A stretch of 64,000 nucleotides of DNA from an uncultured bacterium (GCA_963729625.1 CAVSOU010000007.1:352001-416000), one strand, 5' to 3'. Counted from the first letter of the stretch, positions 38,277-48,487 are shown. The notes: a model not told the origin generated them from the sequence alone. Program-made: numbers and translations.

Positions 38277-39671
38277 CTAGATCTCCTTGAGCGCGCCGAT
38301 AATCTTCAGAATGGAGGCACGAGCGTCGCCGAACAGCATCATGCTCTTTGGGTTGTAGAACAGCGGATTGTCGATGCCCGCGAAACCTGGATTCATGCTG
38401 CGTTTCAGCACGATAATCGACCGAGCATGATCGACGTTCAAGATCGGCATGCCGTAAATCTCGCTCGTCGGATCGTTGCGAGCGGCGGGGTTGGTGACAT
38501 CGTTCGCTCCCACCACCAGCGCGACGTCGGCATGTTCAAACTCGCCGTTAATCGCGTCCATCTCATAGAGCTGCGAATACGGCACGTTTGCTTCCGCAAG
38601 GAGCACGTTCATGTGGCCAGGCATGCGGCCGGCTACCGGGTGAATAGCGAACTTCACCGTGACGCCCCGCTGCTCGAGCATGGTGGCCATCTCGCGCACC
38701 TCCTGTTGGGCACGCGCAACGGCCAAACCGTATCCGGGGACGACGATCACCAGGTGCGCATAGGCGAGCGACGCGGCGAGGTCATCTGCCGTGATGCTCT
38801 TGACGACCTTCGCCTGGCCCGCAGCGCCCGCACCCGGGCCGGTCGCCAAGGTCCCGAAAGCGCCAAACACCACATTGAATAGCGACCGGTTCATGGCCCT
38901 GCACATCAAGATTGTGAGGATCGTACCCGACGCGCCGACAAGCGTGCCTCCAACGATCAGGGCCGGAATGTCCCGGTCAAATCCGGTGGCTGCGGCGGCA
39001 ATGCCGGTAAACGAGTTGAGCAGTGAAATGACGACCGGCATGTCACCACCGCCGATCGGTATCACCATCAGCACACCAAGAACGAGCGCGCCGATGGCGA
39101 TGAACGCCAGCACCGGGCCTAAAGCATGGTGGAAGATGAAGAAGAGCGAGGCAAGCACCAGCACTGCAAGGATTGCGATATTGAAATAGTTCTGGCCTTT
39201 GAACGTGATCGGCCGGCTGCCCATGATTTCCTGCAGCTTGGCGAAGGCAATGAGGCTGCCCGTAAAACTGATGGAGCCGATAATCACGCTGACCGCAGCC
39301 CACGACGTGGCTCCAGTGTCCGCGAGCGTTCCGCTCGTAGGCAGGTGAGGAACGAGCGCCCCTCCGGCCACCAGCGCAGCTGCACCTGCTCCCATGCCGT
39401 TGAAGAGGGCGACCATTTGCGGCATCGCCGTCATGCGAACCAGGCGGCCACCCGCCGTGCCGATAATCGTGCCGACGATTACCGCGGCCACCACCAGCGG
39501 CACATTGTTCGCGTGCTCATTGACCAGCATAGTGACGATAGCAATCAGCATGCCGACCGCGGCAATCGCGTTACCCGAACGCGCCGTCACAGGCGAGCGA
39601 AGTCGCATGATGCCGAAAATGAAGAAGACCGACGTGACCAAGTATGCAATCTGCGTTTGCTGATCAGTCAT
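38277..39671 (-). CDS. pntB: NAD(P)+ transhydrogenase beta subunit
   Basis: MPQMVALFNG, GGGDMPVVISLLNS, PGYG, HPVAGRMPGHMNVLLAEA, GANDV.NP. Confidence 0.95.
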   Translation of the reverse strand: MTDQQTQIAYLVTSVFFIFGIMRLRSPVTARSGNAIAAVGMLIAIVTMLVNEHANNVPLVVAAVIVGTIIGTAGGRLVRMTAMPQMVALFNGMGAGAAALVAGGALVPHLPTSGTLADTGATSWAAVSVIIGSISFTGSLIAFAKLQEIMGSRPITFKGQNYFNIAILAVLVLASLFFIFHHALGPVLAFIAIGALVLGVLMVIPIGGGDMPVVISLLNSFTGIAAAATGFDRDIPALIVGGTLVGASGTILTILMCRAMNRSLFNVVFGAFGTLATGPGAGAAGQAKVVKSITADDLAASLAYAHLVIVVPGYGLAVARAQQEVREMATMLEQRGVTVKFAIHPVAGRMPGHMNVLLAEANVPYSQLYEMDAINGEFEHADVALVVGANDVTNPAARNDPTSEIYGMPILNVDHARSIIVLKRSMNPGFAGIDNPLFYNPKSMMLFGDARASILKIIGALKEI

Positions 39672-39984
39672 TGGCGGCAGCCTTCTCAGACTCTTGCTTC
39701 CGGTTTGCCGACCCCCGGAACATCTCAAGGATTCGGTCAGTCACCACGAAGCCGCCGACGACGTTGATCGCGCCAAGCGCGACCGCACCAGTGCCAATGG
39801 TCACGCTGATCCATCCGTGCGCCGTCGTGGCGATGTCGATACCGCCGATCAGAATGACGCCGTGAATCGCGTTGGTGCCGGACATCAATGGGGTATGGAG
39901 AATTGATGGCACTTTCGAGATCAGCACGAATCCAATAAACGCGGCAAGCACAAAGATGTACGCATCGAACACAAGACTAGTCAT
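39664..39984 (-). CDS. pntAB: NAD(P)+ transhydrogenase alpha-2 (membrane) subunit
   Basis: LHTPLMSGTNAIHG, NVVGGF.VTDR.L.MF. Confidence 0.93.
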   Translation of the reverse strand: MTSLVFDAYIFVLAAFIGFVLISKVPSILHTPLMSGTNAIHGVILIGGIDIATTAHGWISVTIGTGAVALGAINVVGGFVVTDRILEMFRGSANRKQESEKAAAND

Positions 39985-41179
39985 GGACTGCAACTACTCC
40001 TTCTGCCGCGTTGAGCCGTTCTAGCGTGGCACGGTGCACTATCTTGCCCCCGCAGGCGATGCATGTGGACCGGACGATCTCGTCGTCAAGATCGACCTCA
40101 AGTGCGCCACCGCCTTCTCCGAGCTTGAGTCCATTCGCCAGAAGGTGCTCTACGTACGTGCTGAGATTGCGTCCGAACAACTGGCTTGCATGGATGGACA
40201 TCGACGCCGGCAAGTTGATCGGCGCATCGATTGTGACGCCATGCGCAACGATCTGCATTCCGGGCTCAGTGAGCGCACAGTTCCCACCTGTAATGGCGGA
40301 TAGATCGACTATCACGGAGCCTGGACGCATGCTCGCGACCATCTCCCTCGTGATCAGGATAGGCGCGCGCGCTCCCGGTATCGCCGCCGTGGTGATTACG
40401 ACGTCGGCCGTGCGAACAGGATCGGCAAGCAGTTCTTGTTCCCTTCTGTAGGCAGACTCGTCCAGCTGTCGCGCGTACCCGCCGGCATCCTGGGCGTGCT
40501 CTACCTCCAGCGGCAGGGTGAGGAATGTGGCGCCAAGGCTCTCCACCTGCTCTCGCACCACGGGCCGGGTGTCGAATGCCTGGACGACTGCGCCAAGACG
40601 TCGCGCGGTGGCGATTGCCTGCAGGCCGGCCACGCCCGCGCCGAGTACCAGCACCTTCGCCGGCGTCACGGTTCCGGCAGCGGTCATCAGCAGCGGGAAG
40701 AATTTGGCGAGGTGCGACGCGCCCAACAGGGCCGCGCGATAACCGGCTACGGTTGCCATCGAGGAGAGCACGTCCATGCTTTGCGCGCGTGTGATGCGCG
40801 GCATCGATTCCAGGCTGAAGCACGCAATATTCCGGCTCGCCAGGGCGTTCATGCGACTGGGCGAGGTCAGAGGCTCAAGCAGCGCCACGAGCGCTGATCC
40901 CTCCCGCAGAAGGATTAGCTCGTCAACGCCGTCGACCGGGCTTACGCCTGGTGCTCGCACCTTGAGCACGAGATCGGCCCGCGCGTACAGATCTTTGGCG
41001 TCGGCGGCGATCTGAGCGCCAGCCTGCGTGTATGCGCCGTCGTCGGCATAGGCCCCACTCCCGGCGCCGGATTGGACGAGTAAGGTGTGACCCTTCTTTA
41101 CCAGGTAGCCGACCCGCTCGGGAAGCAGGGCCACCCGACGCTCCTCCGCCAAAATCTCCCTCGGAATCCCGATCACCAT
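39977..41179 (-). CDS. pntAA: NAD(P)+ transhydrogenase alpha-1 (dI) subunit
   Basis: E.RVA, PRITRAQSMDVLSS, GAGVAG, GGYA, GGNC. Confidence 0.93.
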   Translation of the reverse strand: MVIGIPREILAEERRVALLPERVGYLVKKGHTLLVQSGAGSGAYADDGAYTQAGAQIAADAKDLYARADLVLKVRAPGVSPVDGVDELILLREGSALVALLEPLTSPSRMNALASRNIACFSLESMPRITRAQSMDVLSSMATVAGYRAALLGASHLAKFFPLLMTAAGTVTPAKVLVLGAGVAGLQAIATARRLGAVVQAFDTRPVVREQVESLGATFLTLPLEVEHAQDAGGYARQLDESAYRREQELLADPVRTADVVITTAAIPGARAPILITREMVASMRPGSVIVDLSAITGGNCALTEPGMQIVAHGVTIDAPINLPASMSIHASQLFGRNLSTYVEHLLANGLKLGEGGGALEVDLDDEIVRSTCIACGGKIVHRATLERLNAAEGVVAVHD

Positions 41180-41506
41180 GCCGTTTTGCCCCCTCAAGCA
41201 GAATTGTGCAATTGCCGGACAGACCCGTTCCTGCCCCCGAGTACGGGGCCGTGTTCATTTTGCGTGTAACACGGAGGCGGCGGCAAGGGTAAGGTGGCAC
41301 CGCCTCCCCCGCCATCGGTCATATTCGGGGCTGAGAGCCGGGCCGGGCCGAGCTCCTCTTCCAGCCTCGGCGCTGAACAGCACGCATGCGCGGCGACGCG
41401 CGTTCACCCGGAACGCGGCGAGCCGATCGACTGGTTGCGATTCCTGCGAGCGGCGACGCGCCGGTGTGCCGAGGAGCAGCGTGTGCAGCCTTTCGCTAGC
41501 AGACCG

Positions 41507-42508
41507 CTACACCCGAACCGCGAGCATGCGCTCGATGGCCGTCCTCGCGCGATCAGCAATCGACTGCGCCACCTCGACGCGCGCGACCATGTGCCGCAGG
41601 CTATCCCGCAGCTTGGGCAGCGTGATCTGCTTCATGTAGCGGCAGACAGCCTGGTCATCGGCGGGAACGTACGTTTTTCCGGGCGCCTCTTTGGCAAGGC
41701 GATGCAACAGGCCGTTTTCCGTGGCCACGATCATGGTGCTCGCACCCGTGGCCCGCGCGTGCGTGACCATGCCCTCGGTGGAGAGCACGAATGTGCGTTC
41801 GGAGTTGAGCTGACCGCGTTGACTCGCGTAGACGAACCTGCTTGTGCAGCCGCACTCAGGATGGATGAGCATCTCCGCGCCCGGATGCGCTTCCAGCCGC
41901 CGGCGCATCTCGGCCGTACGGATGCCGGCATGCACGTGACACTCTCCAGGCCAGATGAGCATGTTCGACCGCCCAGTACGCTCCTTTAGCCAGCTGCCGA
42001 GATAGAGGTCCGGCAGAAAGAGAATCTGGCTCTCCTCGGGAATCGAGCGGATCACTGCCTCCGCGTTGCCGCTGGTAACGCAGTAATCCGATTCCGCTTT
42101 GATTGCCGCCGTCGTGTTGACGTAGCTCACCACCGTGCCGTGCGGGTGCTCTGCCTTCCATTGCCTCAGTTGCTGCAGTGTGATCGAATCCGCCAACGAG
42201 CAGCCGGCGGAAGGATCCGGTATCAGAACGGTTCGCCCCATGTTCAGGATCTTGGCTGTCTCCGCCATGAAGTAGACGCCGCACATCACGATCACTGGTT
42301 TCGGCGTACGCGAGGCCTCGATAGCCAGCCCGAGCGAATCGCCCACGAAGTCCGCCACATCCTGAACTTCCGGCACCTGGTAGTTGTGCGCCAGGATCAC
42401 GGCATCACGCGCGCGCGCCAACCTCCGCACCTCCGCCTGCAGCGCCGCGACATCAGTCGTCACGTCAGACGCAACCTCGACCAACTCATCTGTTGCAATA
42501 GCAGCCAT
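41507..42508 (-). CDS. nadA: Quinolinate synthase
   Basis: LAHNYQ, GDSL, CGV.FMAE, GCSLA, YVNT, CHVH, HPEC, CRYMK. Confidence 0.96.
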   Translation of the reverse strand: MAAIATDELVEVASDVTTDVAALQAEVRRLARARDAVILAHNYQVPEVQDVADFVGDSLGLAIEASRTPKPVIVMCGVYFMAETAKILNMGRTVLIPDPSAGCSLADSITLQQLRQWKAEHPHGTVVSYVNTTAAIKAESDYCVTSGNAEAVIRSIPEESQILFLPDLYLGSWLKERTGRSNMLIWPGECHVHAGIRTAEMRRRLEAHPGAEMLIHPECGCTSRFVYASQRGQLNSERTFVLSTEGMVTHARATGASTMIVATENGLLHRLAKEAPGKTYVPADDQAVCRYMKQITLPKLRDSLRHMVARVEVAQSIADRARTAIERMLAVRV

Positions 42509-42522
42509 CTTGCCGCTCCTCT

Positions 42523-43389
42523 CTAAAGGATTTCGAGCGAGAAATCTATCGCGGGCGCGGAGTGAGTCAACGCGCCAAGCGAAATGTAGTCGACGCCGGT
42601 CAGCGCGATCTCGGCTAGGTTGTCGAGGGTTATGCCCCCGCTGGCCTCGATCCGAGCTCGACCACCAGCGCGCGCGACGGCTGCACGCAGGACATCGGGG
42701 CCTGCGTTATCGACGAGAATTGCCACGGCGCCTGTGGTAAGGGCCTCATCCAGCTCGTCAAGCGTAGTCACTTCTATCTCGACGCCGCCCATCGGCGGTA
42801 CCGAGGCGAGCGCCCGCCGCACGGCGACAGTTATGCCTCCGGCCGCGCGAATGTGGTTCTCCTTGATCAGCACGCCGTCGTCCAGTCCAGCGCGGTGATT
42901 CCGGCAGCCTCCCACGCGGACAGCGTACTTCTCGAGCACGCGGTGGCCGGGCGTCGTCTTCCGCGTGTCCAGCACGTGGGCATGAGTGCCCGCAACTATC
43001 TCGGCCGCGCGCCGGCTAACGGTGGCCACCCCTGAAAGCCGCTGTATGAAATTGAGAGCAGTGCGCTCGGCCGTGAGAATCGACCGGGCTGGTCCTTCAA
43101 TCCTCGCGACCACGCGGCGCTCGCCCCAGGATCCTTCCGCCGCTATCGCCAGCACCGACACGTTCGGGTCGAGCATGGCAAACGTCAGCTGGGCAACCGG
43201 CAAGCCGCAGAGCACTCCGGGCTGCTTCTGCCAGATTTCGGCCACGGCTTCGGCCGAAGCGGGCACAGTAGCCTCAGTTGTTCCGTCGCCGCGGCCGACA
43301 TCTTCCTGAAGGGCCAGTCGCACGATAGATCGCACTGCCTCGGTAATTGTCAGATGTGGAATTTCCGTCCGGACGCTCGGGACTGCCAT
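42523..43389 (-). CDS. nadC: Quinolinate phosphoribosyltransferase
   Basis: ERTALN, DTRKTTPG, NHR.GL.D, IKENH, EASGG, GALTHS. Confidence 0.95.
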   Translation of the reverse strand: MAVPSVRTEIPHLTITEAVRSIVRLALQEDVGRGDGTTEATVPASAEAVAEIWQKQPGVLCGLPVAQLTFAMLDPNVSVLAIAAEGSWGERRVVARIEGPARSILTAERTALNFIQRLSGVATVSRRAAEIVAGTHAHVLDTRKTTPGHRVLEKYAVRVGGCRNHRAGLDDGVLIKENHIRAAGGITVAVRRALASVPPMGGVEIEVTTLDELDEALTTGAVAILVDNAGPDVLRAAVARAGGRARIEASGGITLDNLAEIALTGVDYISLGALTHSAPAIDFSLEIL

Positions 43390-44903
43390 TACTGAGTCCT
43401 CTCGAACCGCGCCGCCGCCCCGCGCTGCCAGAGAACACGACCCTGGAACGCGGGCGAAATGTCGGGAAAGTCGGTGCGGTAATGTGCTCCGCGGCTTTCC
43501 TGCCGGATCAGCGCCGCGCGCGCAATAAGAGCAGGTACCAGCATGTCGCGCCGCGGCCGCGGCCCGAGGGCCCCCGCCAGGCCCTGCAAGCCTTCGGCGT
43601 CCCGCTCCACGCCCACGAATGCATCGAGGTCTGCGCCGGAAGCGACTTGTTGCTCGCCCGCATCCAGCTCGTCGCCCACGCCGGCAGACGAAGCAAGCCC
43701 GCCGGGCAGTACGTCCGCCTCCCAGGATGCCGTTGCGCTGCCGCTGTCACTGAGCGCGGCCTGGGCGGCCAGCCGACCAAAGACCAGGCATTCAAGCAGC
43801 GAATTCGATGCAAGCCTGTTGGCGCCCTGAGCGCCGGTGCAGGCTGCCTCACCCGCGGCGTAGAGACCCGGCACATCGCTCCGCCCCATCTCGTCGGTGC
43901 GTATGCCACCCATGCAGTAGTGGGCAGCCGGGGACACGGGAATGGGATCGCGCGCGAGGTCGAGATTCCACTCCGCCAGACGCGCAGCCAGGTTCGAAAA
44001 GCGCAACGGTACGATGCCGGGATCGAGGTGCCGGAGCGTCAAGTAGACCGGTCCGTGCTCGCGCCAATGCCGATAGATAGCGCGGGCTACCCGATCGCGC
44101 GGAAGCAGCGGATTCACGACCGGGCGCCCCTCGCCGTCCACGAGCAAAGCCCCTTCGCCGCGTAACGCCTCGCTCAACAGGAACGCAGGATGTCCGGGCA
44201 CGGCCGTGGCGGTAGGATGGAACTGCACGAACTCGAGGTCGGCCAGTGTTGCTCCGACCTCCCACGCCATCGTCAGACCTTGCCCGCGACTCTCAGGCGC
44301 ATTCGTCGTGCGCGCGAATAGCGCGGCATATCCGCCCGTAGCCAGCACTACGCCCCGGCCGCGGAACACTGCCTCACCGCTTCGGACGCCGGTTACGCGC
44401 GATCCCTGCCTTAGCAAGCCCTCGGCCGGTACGTGCGCAAACACCGCGATCTTCGGGTGTGATGTCGCTCGCGCGAGAAGAGCGCTGGTGACTGCACGGC
44501 CGGTCGCGGTGCCGTTAGCGTGTACGATGCGTCGCCGCCGGTGACCTGCTTCCAGTCCGAGGGCGGGGTGCATGGGACTGCCGTCGAACGGCACTCCCGC
44601 GGCGATCAGGTCCTCGACCTCGACTTTTCCAGCGGTGACCATGACCTCTACCGCTCTGCGGTCGTTCAAGCCGGCGCCAACCGCGCGGGTGTCTTCGGCG
44701 TGCAACATCGGGGTGTCGTCGTCGCCCAAAGCGGCCGCGATGCCGCCCTGCGCATTCGGACTGGAGCCTGAGAGCGCATCTCCCGCCGTAAGCAGCACGA
44801 CATCGGCTCCCGCATCGGCGGCGGCCAAGGCCGCCGACAGGCCGGCCACGCCCGAACCAACGACGACAAGATCGGTATACGCGGTGGTCGGCTCAGGACG
44901 CAT
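43389..44903 (-). CDS. nadB: L-aspartate oxidase
   Basis: GSGVAG, AQGG, QFHPT, SEALRGEG, AHY.MGG, GANRLASNSL, ESRGAH. The true start is ATG 44903; the track ORF from 45308 is over-extended. Confidence 0.93.
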   Translation of the reverse strand: MRPEPTTAYTDLVVVGSGVAGLSAALAAADAGADVVLLTAGDALSGSSPNAQGGIAAALGDDDTPMLHAEDTRAVGAGLNDRRAVEVMVTAGKVEVEDLIAAGVPFDGSPMHPALGLEAGHRRRRIVHANGTATGRAVTSALLARATSHPKIAVFAHVPAEGLLRQGSRVTGVRSGEAVFRGRGVVLATGGYAALFARTTNAPESRGQGLTMAWEVGATLADLEFVQFHPTATAVPGHPAFLLSEALRGEGALLVDGEGRPVVNPLLPRDRVARAIYRHWREHGPVYLTLRHLDPGIVPLRFSNLAARLAEWNLDLARDPIPVSPAAHYCMGGIRTDEMGRSDVPGLYAAGEAACTGAQGANRLASNSLLECLVFGRLAAQAALSDSGSATASWEADVLPGGLASSAGVGDELDAGEQQVASGADLDAFVGVERDAEGLQGLAGALGPRPRRDMLVPALIARAALIRQESRGAHYRTDFPDISPAFQGRVLWQRGAAARFERTQ

Positions 44904-45660
44904 TGACCATTCCTCCTTCGTGCCAGGGCAGCTCACGGCTCCACGTCCCGATGAGCGGACCCTGGAACCGATACAGCTCGCCGGGCCGCCCGACACGTCC
45001 GCGCACGGCGCGCTTGCCGACCGGCACGAGCGCTCCAGAAGCGAAGAGAGCGGAAAACGCCTTTTTGAAGTTTCCTGTATTGAGGCGAGCCAACGCGGGA
45101 TCGAGGATCGCGGCGTACACCTGGCGAAGCTCGGGCAGTGTGAACGTCTCGGGCAGGAGCTGGAACGCCAACCATGAATAGCGCAGCTTGGATTGCACGC
45201 GGTTCGCCGCGACCCGCAGCATGTCCGCATGGTCAAAAGCCAGTGATTCCGCCGGTACACTGCGGACGGGCGCCCAGGCGGCGTGTGTAACACTGCTCCC
45301 GGGAACAAGGGTCAAATCATCCGACCGCTCGAGGGCGAGATGCCCGACCGAGACCACGCGGCCACGTGTGTCTCGGTCGGGCTTGCCGAACGTGCCGATC
45401 TGCTCAAGGTACCAGTCAGCCGCGTTGAGTCCGGCCTTCGTATGCAGGGCCCGTCGTGCCGCGGCGTCAAACGTCTCCTCGCTCCGGAGCAGGACGCCGG
45501 GCAGCGACCACTTGCCTGCAAAGGCCGCGTCGTCGCGCTGAACGAGCAACACCTGCCACGCATCGCCGATTTGCTCTGCCTGCCGCACGGTAAATAGCAC
45601 CATATCCACGGCCACGACTGCATTGAGCTCGAGCCGATTCGGTGTTACCGGCCTGTTCAT
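44893..45660 (-). CDS. nrtR: NrtR-family Nudix-wHTH transcriptional regulator
   Basis: AVD.V.F, WSLPG with a degenerate Nudix box (RRALHTKAGL), RD.RGRVVSV, LAFDH, FTL.EL..VY, NF.K, GRP..LY; first gene of the nad operon. Confidence 0.88.
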   Translation of the reverse strand: MNRPVTPNRLELNAVVAVDMVLFTVRQAEQIGDAWQVLLVQRDDAAFAGKWSLPGVLLRSEETFDAAARRALHTKAGLNAADWYLEQIGTFGKPDRDTRGRVVSVGHLALERSDDLTLVPGSSVTHAAWAPVRSVPAESLAFDHADMLRVAANRVQSKLRYSWLAFQLLPETFTLPELRQVYAAILDPALARLNTGNFKKAFSALFASGALVPVGKRAVRGRVGRPGELYRFQGPLIGTWSRELPWHEGGMVNAS

Positions 45661-45672
45661 TTGACTCCCCTT

Positions 45673-45697
45673 GATTCAAATCCTCCAGATTTGAATC
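45673..45697. promoter_or_regulatory. Candidate NrtR operator (perfect inverted repeat)
   Basis: GATTCAAATC-CTCCA-GATTTGAATC, AT-rich, 12 bp upstream of the nrtR start and next to the RBS. Confidence 0.65.
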
Positions 45698-45738
45698 TAC
45701 CATAGTTGAAAAGGTTTGGGAAGTCCCGTAGGCGGGGG

Positions 45739-47592
45739 TCAGGTGGCTCGTTTGAATATGGCGACCGCGGCCGACCAGCCACCGCCGGCGCTCAGGTGAA
45801 GGCTGGCGCTCTGCGGTCCAAGCGCCGTCGCCACTACGTCTTCCACGACGATCGTGCCGGGCTTGCCGGTGGCCAGCGCGCGAAGCACTGCCTCGCGCCC
45901 GCCAATCCTGCCCACGATCGCACCCAGCGGATACGTGCCGCTCCCAAGACCGGCAAAGGCCATCTCGCCAGAGCCCACGGAGGCAGTGCTTCCCGTGCGC
46001 ACTGCGGAGTCCGATCCCTGACCACAGGCTGTGCGGTCTAGTGGCCGTGCGCGACTAATGCCGGAGTACTCCGCAAGCGCCATGCGTAGCTGACCGCCGA
46101 TCGTACTGTTCAGCAGCACGGTCGTCGCTCCCGATCGTGCGTTCGCCATGTACCAGATCGACACAACACCGCACTGAACCGCTTCGACCCAATTCCGGCC
46201 AACGCTGTCGTGCACCCAGGGCTTTCCTTCCGTCCGGAACACCCCGACCAGCAGGTCGCCCGCTCGCACCGGCTTCGCGTACGCGCCCTGCAGCTTCAGT
46301 CCGAAAGCAAGCTCCGTGTGTCCTTGCACGAACGTCACGTGTCCCGGCGACTGCGGCCGCGATGCCGCAGCTCGAGCGGCCGTTGGAACCGCCGTTGGAG
46401 GTTGCAACGTGCTCGTAGGCACGGCTGTAGGAGGAACGGGCGTGTTCACTGGAGTGGGCGTCGGCGTCGCGACATTGGCCATGACACCGAACCACTTGGC
46501 AACTTCCTGGCCGGCCGGTGTCATCTGACCTGTACCGAAATCGACGGCAGCTTCCGGGCCATTGCTTCCGCTCCCGGTCAACTGCCAGTACTCCTCTCCA
46601 ATCACATACGGCTGCTGCGCCAGCCAGCCGAGGAACTCATCCGTCGTGTTGGCAGTCGCGGGCTCCGCGCCATTGTCCTGGAAGTCACCCCACTCGACCA
46701 CCATGCGCTTACCAAAGGCGTTGTAGCTGGCCCGGATGTCTGATGTGAAGGTCGTGAAGTTCGTTGTGAAGTGGTCGACGTTGTAGGTATCAGTGTACGA
46801 AAGGGCGCTCGGCGTCACGTAGGGATAGAAATTGCCGGCCAGGCCGAACCACCCCGATGCGACATTCTTGCCGATAGTTCTGAAAGCTGCCTGGTCGGCC
46901 TGCCCGAAGTCGCTGAGCCACTGGTTGAAGGCCGCGGTTGACGGAAACTGGCATAGGTTCTGCGGGCAATGGGCCGCGGACGTACCGGCCGGACCGTTGG
47001 CAATGCCGTTGTTCTGGGGCTCGCCAAAGGGCTCAAAGATATCGCCGTCCTGAAAGACGTCTGCGTGATGAAGAATCCACTGGTACGTCAGGCCAATGTA
47101 CGAGCTCGTGTCCTGGCCAGACAGCACGGCTTGCAGCCCGCCGCCGCTCTCAAAGGGAATCGCGGGATTGGTGCTGTACGACAGCTTGGCCTGGCCGTAG
47201 TCGCCTGCCCAATGGTTCCAGTTTCCGCGAAAGAGCACGTGCAGGCCCGCGGCATGGATGGTGTCGGCCCACGCCTTGAGATAGTCGGCAGGAGACAAAG
47301 GCCCTGGCGCGCAGTCGAACCCGGAGGCATCGTCGTAAGGGACGTCGTCCGAGGCAAAGTTGGCGTGGAGCTGCGGGATGTAACCGACCAGACGTGTCAT
47401 GCTCGACTGGTCGTACTGGTGGCACACCGTATCGTGTGTTAGCGCGGTCATGCCGACGTCGCGAACCGACCAGGCTGAGGATGCCGTCGCGAGCGAGGCC
47501 GACAGACTGGGGGCGGCCTCCAGTGACAGCATCACCGCTGACGCGGTGATGGTCGCGACTACCAAGAGATACGCGGTCACACGTCGAGTCAC
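45739..47592 (-). CDS. Secreted protein: putative glycoside hydrolase-like domain + Pro/Thr linker + beta-rich C-terminal domain
   Basis: Signal-like N-terminus, VLFRGNW, FGEPQN, VVEWG, EEYW, PTPTPV/PPTAVPT linker. Confidence 0.55.
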   Translation of the reverse strand: MTRRVTAYLLVVATITASAVMLSLEAAPSLSASLATASSAWSVRDVGMTALTHDTVCHQYDQSSMTRLVGYIPQLHANFASDDVPYDDASGFDCAPGPLSPADYLKAWADTIHAAGLHVLFRGNWNHWAGDYGQAKLSYSTNPAIPFESGGGLQAVLSGQDTSSYIGLTYQWILHHADVFQDGDIFEPFGEPQNNGIANGPAGTSAAHCPQNLCQFPSTAAFNQWLSDFGQADQAAFRTIGKNVASGWFGLAGNFYPYVTPSALSYTDTYNVDHFTTNFTTFTSDIRASYNAFGKRMVVEWGDFQDNGAEPATANTTDEFLGWLAQQPYVIGEEYWQLTGSGSNGPEAAVDFGTGQMTPAGQEVAKWFGVMANVATPTPTPVNTPVPPTAVPTSTLQPPTAVPTAARAAASRPQSPGHVTFVQGHTELAFGLKLQGAYAKPVRAGDLLVGVFRTEGKPWVHDSVGRNWVEAVQCGVVSIWYMANARSGATTVLLNSTIGGQLRMALAEYSGISRARPLDRTACGQGSDSAVRTGSTASVGSGEMAFAGLGSGTYPLGAIVGRIGGREAVLRALATGKPGTIVVEDVVATALGPQSASLHLSAGGGWSAAVAIFKRAT

Positions 47593-48019
47593 AATGTATT
47601 CGCTCCTTGAAGCCGCGCAAACCGACGCCTAATTCGGTACGAACGTGCGCGACCGCACCGCTTCCGAGTGCCGGCGCGCTCCCCAGTCCCTATGTTTGGT
47701 CCGGAGGTGAACGAACCATCGTCACGTATAGTCTGCCACATGATCCCGTTAGGTCATACCCGCCACCCTGCCTCCCTCTTTGGGCCCGCCACGCACGCAA
47801 CAACAGCCTCGAGCTCACACGGGTCGGCGCGCAAACATGGGCCTAAGTACCCGATGCCTTGGTGACGTTCGCCTTCGACGGCTGCCCTACCAATAATGCT
47901 AAGATCGCTTGTGGTGGCGTAGCGATCGCCCACTCTCGCCGACAGACTCACGGGTGGTCTCCTCTCATCACGCCTCCTCTGTCGAATTGGTACTCGTTGA
48001 GCAAGTGGAGAGACCAAAC

Positions 48020-48487
48020 GTGAGCATCAAGCCCGTACTCCTGACCGCCGAGGGCCGCGCAGAGATGGAAACCGAGTACAACCGCCTCGTGACAGTTCGA
48101 AGGGTAGAAATCGCGGAGCAACTCGGATCTGCAGCGGACGACGGCGACCTCTCGGAGAACGCCGCCTACGACCATGCCAAGGACGAACAAGCTCTCCTGG
48201 AAGGACGAATCGCCCGGCTGGAGCACTCGCTCAGGCATGCAGAAGTGATCCAGAATAGCGCGATCGGAGTGGTACAGGTGGGGTCGAGGGTCACTGTTGA
48301 CGACGAAGGCCATCAGTCCACCTATGTGATCCTTGGCCCGCTCGAGTCGGCTCCTGCAAAGGGGCGCATCTCAAATGAGTCGCCCATGGGTCGAGCTCTC
48401 ATGAATCACCGAGAAGGCGACGTAGTTGAGGTTCATGCGCCGGTTGGCGTGCTGAAGATCCGGATCGTATCGATAGTAGCCCGCTAG
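48020..48487 (+). CDS. greA: Transcription elongation factor GreA
   Basis: GDLSENAAY, IS.ESP.GRAL; GTG start at 48020 with GGAG RBS. Confidence 0.93.
   Translation: MSIKPVLLTAEGRAEMETEYNRLVTVRRVEIAEQLGSAADDGDLSENAAYDHAKDEQALLEGRIARLEHSLRHAEVIQNSAIGVVQVGSRVTVDDEGHQSTYVILGPLESAPAKGRISNESPMGRALMNHREGDVVEVHAPVGVLKIRIVSIVAR

Noticed and set aside
44904-45308. NrtR-NadB fusion or extended NadB
   Set aside because: The extension is an alternate frame of nrtR; nadB has its own GGAGG RBS and ATG at 44903.
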